From assembly GCA_965248435.1 (NCBI GenBank), contig OZ252100.1:5472001-5536000 (forward strand): a stretch of 64,000 bases of DNA, read 5' to 3'. Positions 59,144-64,000 of this stretch are shown here, one piece after another. The notes below the pieces were generated by a model. The model did no database searches and was not told the origin of the DNA. It saw nothing but the letters and a program-made list of their open reading frames with translations. The position numbers and the translations under genes are program-made. Each line of letters opens with the position of its first letter. Position 1 is the first letter of the stretch. The stretch comes from Candidatus Latescibacterota bacterium. Lineage in GTDB: Bacteria; Latescibacterota; UBA2968; GCA-2709665.

Positions 59144-60229
59144 ATGGACGAAAACCCTACGGTCAGCACCGTATTCGAGATCGAGCCGCCGGATCCACCC
59201 AACGACGGCATCATGTTCGTAGACCACGCCCGATCGGGCCGTAGTGGCCACCTGGGCCACGCGCTCGTTGAATATGCACCGGGGAAAATCCTGGCGTTCT
59301 ACTCCAACTGCTCGGATAGGAACGACGGACACACGGGGGACGGGTGGATGGAATACCGGCGTTCCGAAGACGGGGGACGAACCTGGAGCGCCGGCGAAGT
59401 GCTTGCCTACTCCAAGGCGGTCTACGACAGGAACGCTGGAAAGTCCGTCATGTGTGAGAATGCCGTGCGAGCCGACGACGGGGCGGTCGTCCTGTTCAAC
59501 CTGGAGTGCGGGAACACGGCCGAAGAGAAGTGGGCGTGGGCGCCGCTGGACGTTCCCACGTGTCTTCGCAGTACGGATGACGGCCGTACGTGGGGACCTG
59601 CGGAACCGATGGGCGATCAACCCGGCCGCATCTGGGATGCGATGGTTCACGACGGCAGCATCCTGGTTCTCGAGCTGTGCAACGACAGCTCGATCCAATG
59701 GTACGGCAACCTTCCCGAGCACTTCTACGGGCTCTATGCAAGCACCGATCACGGGCGCAGCTTCGCCCTGCGGAGCAAGCTGCCGCTCGAGATCCAGTGT
59801 CGGGGCTACGGCGCCCTGTCGATTCTCCAAGACGGCGGACTGATCGCCTACGTCTACAACATGGCCGACGAAAAACACCTGGACTACGTCATCAGTCACG
59901 ACGGCGGCTACACCTGGAGCGACGTGCAAACCGCGTTTTTTGAGAAGCAGATTCGAAATCCGCAGATGGCCCGCTTCAAAGGCGGATACGTCCTTCACGG
60001 ACGGAGCGGAGCCCAGGGAGAAGGGAGCGGACATTTCGTACTGTATACGTCGGACGACGGCATCCACTGGGACTCGGGACGCTACCTGCGGATGCAGGAG
60101 GCGCGCGCCGGCGCATACTCGAACAATTTACGCGTGCACAGCCCCGATGCACCGGAACGCCTGCTGATCCAGGCTTCCCACGCGTACGAAGGATATATGA
60201 CGAACATCCTGCACTGGTGGCTGACTTAG
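59144..60229 (+). CDS. Sialidase-like BNR/Asp-box repeat protein
   Basis: Asp boxes 'SEDGGRTW', 'STDDGRTW', 'STDHGRSF', 'SHDGGYTW', 'SDDGIHW'. Confidence 0.85.
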   Translation: MDENPTVSTVFEIEPPDPPNDGIMFVDHARSGRSGHLGHALVEYAPGKILAFYSNCSDRNDGHTGDGWMEYRRSEDGGRTWSAGEVLAYSKAVYDRNAGKSVMCENAVRADDGAVVLFNLECGNTAEEKWAWAPLDVPTCLRSTDDGRTWGPAEPMGDQPGRIWDAMVHDGSILVLELCNDSSIQWYGNLPEHFYGLYASTDHGRSFALRSKLPLEIQCRGYGALSILQDGGLIAYVYNMADEKHLDYVISHDGGYTWSDVQTAFFEKQIRNPQMARFKGGYVLHGRSGAQGEGSGHFVLYTSDDGIHWDSGRYLRMQEARAGAYSNNLRVHSPDAPERLLIQASHAYEGYMTNILHWWLT

Positions 60230-60289
60230 TGGAAGGTCCCACGGGCCTCAGATTTCGCCAGGTCACATGACTCTCGGAGGTCCGATGAC

Positions 60290-60592
60290 TCATCAAATTC
60301 ACCGACAGCGGCAGCGTGACGGTGAATGCGGCCACCGAGGACTGGCAACGTCATCGCCGTGTCCGATACCGGCAAGGGCATCCCCTCAGACGAACCACCC
60401 ACCATCTTCGACGAATACCGTCAGGCCGAAGGGTCCGAGAGCAGCGTGCAGAAGGGCACCGGGCTGGGGCTGTCGATTACGAAGAAATTCGCGGAGCTGC
60501 TGGGCGGGACGATCGGCGTGGTGAGCGAAGTGGGCAAGGGCAGCACGTTTACGGTGCGGGTGCCGGTTGAGTATGGCGACGGACAATCCTGA
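60290..60592 (+). pseudogene. Histidine kinase HATPase_c fragment
   Basis: 'IKFTDSGSV' then a frameshift to 'VSDTGKGIP...IFDEY...GTGLGL...SEVGKGSTF'; no N-terminal part. Confidence 0.8.
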
Positions 60593-60624
60593 CCGCTGAC
60601 CTCTGTCTTCTGCTCTCTAATCAC

Positions 60625-60661
60625 AAAGGCGCCCCTTCGGTCTGGCCGAAAGGGCGCCTTT
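60625..60661. terminator. Bidirectional terminator, directly 3' of the tRNA fragment
   Basis: AAAGGCGCCCCTTCGG...CCGAAAGGGCGCCTTT. Confidence 0.75.
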
Positions 60662-60673
60662 CATTGTCAAATC

Positions 60674-60695
60674 TGGTGACCCCGAGGGGAGTCCA
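60674..60695 (-). repeat. att-like core: tRNA 3'-end fragment, copy 2
   Basis: Identical 22-mer to 58877..58898. Confidence 0.8.
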
Positions 60696-60910
60696 AGCGA
60701 AAGCAACGCTTAAAGGACTTGTGTATCAGTTAGAAGTCTAGTGCTTGTCTCGGCTTGTTGCACACCGTGGCTTCATCCCCTCATAAGCCAGAACGATGCC
60801 CTTTCAAGTAATATAAGGGGAATCCAGGCCACAAAGAACCGTTTTTCCACCGTGCTTGAAGGCATAGTTGAGGGCCGCCGGTTCATCGGCCAATTACAGG
60901 AGATACACCC

Positions 60911-60939
60911 TTGACACTAGGTGTCGGACACTCTAAGAT
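60911..60939 (+). promoter_or_regulatory. sigma70-like promoter with overlapping GACAC/GTGTC inverted repeats
   Basis: TTGACA-N17-TAAGAT; GACAC-TAG-GTGTC-G-GACAC. Confidence 0.6.
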
Positions 60940-61045
60940 ACCAATAAGGGAGGCATAGTCTCCCGATTTCTGTGAATCAATTTCGCTTCGGGATCGTGGG
61001 GCCGTGATCGGGTTGGCGCCAGTTGCATCCCGGAAGGAGAAGTAG

Positions 61046-62827
61046 ATGCGCCAAAATGATGAATTGGACCCGAAGGTCGCAGAGGTCCGGCAATACCTGA
61101 AACAGGGTTTCCCGGACAGTGAAATAACCGAGCAATCCAGCCAAGAAAACACCACTGGTTTCGACTACGGGGCCTACACGTTCAAAGTGGATACTGGAAA
61201 GAAGACTCACCTTCTGCGAGTATCAGACGAATACCTTTCAGATACAAGAGCTCGTTGTATTTTCCGACAGATGCAACAACGCCAGATTGCCGAATCGATG
61301 AAGACTGTCGTAGGGCCAGTGGGATTTGTGTTACTAGACAAAAGACATGCCAAGATCAAGAGAAAACTGCCCAAGCATGATAACCGGATTACCAAGGCCC
61401 TTGAGGCATTCGGTATGCAGAGGTTCGGAGAAAGACACTCCATCGGGACGCGGGTGGAATACATATTTGGCGAGCGACACTTTAATGTCTTTGAGGATAG
61501 GAAATTTTCCGAGTGCTTGAGTTCATACATTGAGGCTTGCAAATATCTCGAGAATGAAGAAACATTAAATGTCAGCCAAGAAGAAGGCGAGGGATTCAGC
61601 AAAAACCCCCTTCTTCCGATTAGTGAGGAGGAGATTGACTCTGGACTCGATCTAAACTGTCCTGCCTTTTTCCAACTCTTTCGCGATCAAGATTTCACTC
61701 TCTTGGAAGACTCGCTTGGGAAATCCCGGTGGAACTTCGGGAGGGCGTATTTTCTAGCTGGCCAGTATGACAGAATCGAGGGCTGTCCTCAGTGGGCTGA
61801 CCTCGAAAACACACCCATTGAAATGCCGGGAGTGAGTGAATTTCAGCCCTTAAAGTGGGGTGAGGTAATTAATGCCTGCAAGACGTTTAGTGAAGTTGGC
61901 ATGCACGGAAACCACCCCAGCATGATGGAACTATATGTTCGAACCGCAAGAATTTGTTCCTCCCTAAAACGTCGTTCAGATACCTTGCCAACGATTCGCT
62001 TGACAGGCGAACAGGGATCTGGAAAGGAATTACTTGCGAAAGCCATTTGCAGGTTGTCGGATAGAAAGGATTTCAAAACTGTGGACTGCTCTCAGCTGCG
62101 AAGGGAAACGGCTCATAGCGAACTTTTTGGTCACGAGAGGGGGTCGTTCACGGGAGCGGAGTCGGAAAGAAAGGGCCTGCTCGATGTTGAGGAAGGAAGT
62201 GCAGTATTTCTAGACGAAATCGGGAAACTGGATGAGGACGTCCAGAAGATGCTACTCCGCTTGCTGGAATACGGCGAACTCCGGCGGTTTGGAAGCGACG
62301 AAGTGCGCAAGCTTCGCGATGTGTTGTTCGTCTCTGCGAGCAGAGAGGATGACAAAAGTCTTCTGCCCGATTTGGGTGAGCGGCTCGCAGGCGTTAAGAT
62401 GTCAATTCCTCCACTAAAAGAGCGACTTGAGGACGTCCCTTTGTTGGTAAACCACTTCTTACAGGAATGTGGTCCGAACCCCGTAGATGAGTATCGGTGG
62501 CCTGTTGCCTTCTGGTGCACAGATCAGGTCCGATCCTACAGACTCAGTGTGCGGGAGCTTCGAAATATGGTTCGTGATCTTGTGCTTCGGTTTGAACCGT
62601 TGCAGCCTCTTGGGAATTTGAGAATGACTCAAAAGCGGAAGGACCGACTCGAATCGCTTGAGGAGGTTGTGAGGAAGACAGTAGAGAAAGGCGAAAAACT
62701 CGAATCAAAAACAGCGTTGGCAAAGGCGGCGGGTGTCCCCAGGGACGTTCTCTATGATTCCGCCATTCGGCCTATAGTCAACAGGTGGACGAGTGAAGGG
62801 AAATTCAAGCGGAAATCCAAGTCGTAA
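61046..62827 (+). CDS. sigma54-interaction (bEBP-type) AAA+ protein with unknown N-terminal region and probable C-terminal HTH
   Basis: Walker A 'GEQGSGKE', 'SELFGHERGSFTGA', Walker B 'FLDEIG', 'PPLKERLEDV'. Confidence 0.85.
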   Translation: MRQNDELDPKVAEVRQYLKQGFPDSEITEQSSQENTTGFDYGAYTFKVDTGKKTHLLRVSDEYLSDTRARCIFRQMQQRQIAESMKTVVGPVGFVLLDKRHAKIKRKLPKHDNRITKALEAFGMQRFGERHSIGTRVEYIFGERHFNVFEDRKFSECLSSYIEACKYLENEETLNVSQEEGEGFSKNPLLPISEEEIDSGLDLNCPAFFQLFRDQDFTLLEDSLGKSRWNFGRAYFLAGQYDRIEGCPQWADLENTPIEMPGVSEFQPLKWGEVINACKTFSEVGMHGNHPSMMELYVRTARICSSLKRRSDTLPTIRLTGEQGSGKELLAKAICRLSDRKDFKTVDCSQLRRETAHSELFGHERGSFTGAESERKGLLDVEEGSAVFLDEIGKLDEDVQKMLLRLLEYGELRRFGSDEVRKLRDVLFVSASREDDKSLLPDLGERLAGVKMSIPPLKERLEDVPLLVNHFLQECGPNPVDEYRWPVAFWCTDQVRSYRLSVRELRNMVRDLVLRFEPLQPLGNLRMTQKRKDRLESLEEVVRKTVEKGEKLESKTALAKAAGVPRDVLYDSAIRPIVNRWTSEGKFKRKSKS

Positions 62828-63018
62828 CTGATTAAGAATTGTTGGTTCGTCTCATCAGAATCGTGGTGTTTCGCCTCAATATTGTTGGAAGCGCGTCGAG
62901 ATTTGTTGGTGTATTGTTTAATTTGTGGATTCACACCGGAGGCAAAACGAATAAGAATATGCAAATAAACGTCTTATAAAGACAACGATCTGTTGGTCTA
63001 CGGTTTGATATGCTACGG

Positions 63019-63047
63019 CCCGGGAAATGTAAGTTCCCGGGTTTTTT
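63019..63047 (+). terminator. Intrinsic terminator/attenuator ahead of the excisionase-primase operon
   Basis: CCCGGGAA-N7-TTCCCGGG-TTTTTT. Confidence 0.65.
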
Positions 63048-63088
63048 CTTTTGCCCTCAAGTTCCCATTTCACTGTTACACAGGATCG

Positions 63089-63301
63089 ATGATGCAAAAA
63101 CTCTATCTGATTAGCTCCGCAGCAAGACGTGCCGGTGTCTCCCCGGATACAGTCCGCAACTACTGTCTTCGTGGGAACCTTCATCCCATTCGCGATAGCG
63201 CCGGGCGGCGACTGTTCACGGACCAGAACATTAAACGGATCCGTGAGATTTACCTGGAAAATGCAGGTCGTAGCTGCGCTGTCACTGGAGGCGGACAGTG
63301 A
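63089..63301 (+). CDS. MerR-like HTH protein (excisionase/RDF-like)
   Basis: 'ISSAARRAGVSPDTVRNY...PIRDSAGRRLF'. Confidence 0.8.
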   Translation: MMQKLYLISSAARRAGVSPDTVRNYCLRGNLHPIRDSAGRRLFTDQNIKRIREIYLENAGRSCAVTGGGQ

Positions 63302-63432
63302 TGGCGGAGTTTCGGGAGTCGGCCACCTGTAAAATCATCGCGAGCTTCATCGTCAAAGCTCATCGTCGTAACAAGGTTAACCAGAAGCAAGGGACTCAAG
63401 AGAAACAGAACCAAGGGATGCGAGGAAAATGA
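63301..63432 (+). CDS. Small hypothetical protein (43 aa), translationally coupled on both sides
   Basis: TGATG and ATGA overlaps; MAEFRESATCKIIASFIVKAHRRNKVNQKQGTQEKQNQGMRGK. Confidence 0.5.
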   Translation: MAEFRESATCKIIASFIVKAHRRNKVNQKQGTQEKQNQGMRGK

Positions 63433-64000
63433 GCCTACTTCAACACCACCTAGAAGACTTACTGAAATCCGGTCTCTCAGACGCCACTATCAAGGATTCT
63501 GGCTGTAGGTCTGCAACCCGAGAAGAGGCTAAGAAGATTCTGGGGTTTGACCCGGAGAGTGACGCCATGGTCTTCCCATACTACCTGGACAACGGTCATA
63601 CTTTCCTCAGGTTCAAACCCGACGTTCCCTACCGCGCACCAAATTGGGAGAAGCCGGCGAAATACTTGACACCAAAGGGAGCATCCAACCATCTCTACAT
63701 TCCGCCGAACCTTGATACGGAAGCCCTGCAAGACCCTTCAACTTCATTGCTCCTGACCGAAGGTGAAAAGAAGGCCCTGGCAGCCAACCAGGAGGGCTTT
63801 CCGTGCGTCGCTTTCGCTGGAGTGTGGTGCTGGAAGTCGAGAGATAAAGAGACGAGAGAGAGCTGGCCTATTGCTGATCTGGACCGAATCGTGTGGAAGG
63901 GGCGAGCGGCATACATCGTGTATGACTCCGACACTGCTCATAACTGGAATGTCAGGCTTGCGGAATGGAAACTTGCAGAGCACCTGGAGAGCCTGGACGC
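63429..64000 (+). CDS. DUF3854/TOPRIM primase-like protein, 3'-truncated by the window edge
   Basis: Manual translation: MSLLQHHLEDLLKSGLS...KYLTPKG...LTEGEKKALA...GVW...YIVYDSD. Confidence 0.85.
   Translation, partial: MSLLQHHLEDLLKSGLSDATIKDSGCRSATREEAKKILGFDPESDAMVFPYYLDNGHTFLRFKPDVPYRAPNWEKPAKYLTPKGASNHLYIPPNLDTEALQDPSTSLLLTEGEKKALAANQEGFPCVAFAGVWCWKSRDKETRESWPIADLDRIVWKGRAAYIVYDSDTAHNWNVRLAEWKLAEHLESLD

Larger units (their letters stand above)
60674..64000 (+). mobile_element. Left end of a tRNA-integrated element (phage-satellite/IME-like); continues beyond the window
   Basis: att core, AT-richer DNA, MerR-like excisionase, DUF3854 primase. Confidence 0.75.

Noticed and set aside
58877-60695. 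The 22-bp repeats as a CRISPR array or intact tRNA genes
   Set aside because: Only two copies 1.8 kb apart, no cas genes, and no D or anticodon arms adjacent.

Overview
Bacterial chromosomal window from a motile diderm; the gene mix is compatible with a Latescibacterota-like or similar environmental lineage, but that is not established. From left to right: (1) a ~13.6 kb co-oriented cluster of NTT-like transporter-HEAT protein, cNMP-binding protein, response regulator, two PAS histidine kinases, an ABC-substrate-binding/TolC fusion and an RND pump; (2) large-form purL, next to an intergenic pair of promoter-plus-hairpin units with mutually complementary segments (candidate sRNAs); (3) envelope and housekeeping genes (cpoB, bamD, nadD, zapA) and scattered flagellar genes (fliL, fliN, flagellin with a perfect sigma28 promoter, FapA-like with a sigma54 promoter); (4) a coupled catabolic operon headed by two apparently catalytically dead enzyme homologues (GH38-like and metallo-beta-lactamase-like); (5) an amino-sugar/glycosylation cluster; (6) two copies of a 22-bp tRNA 3'-end att core (58877, 60674) marking tandem integrated elements. 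The second element carries a sigma54-type AAA+ protein, a MerR-like excisionase and a DUF3854/TOPRIM primase and runs off the window. All calls come from motif recognition by eye; no database searches were run.
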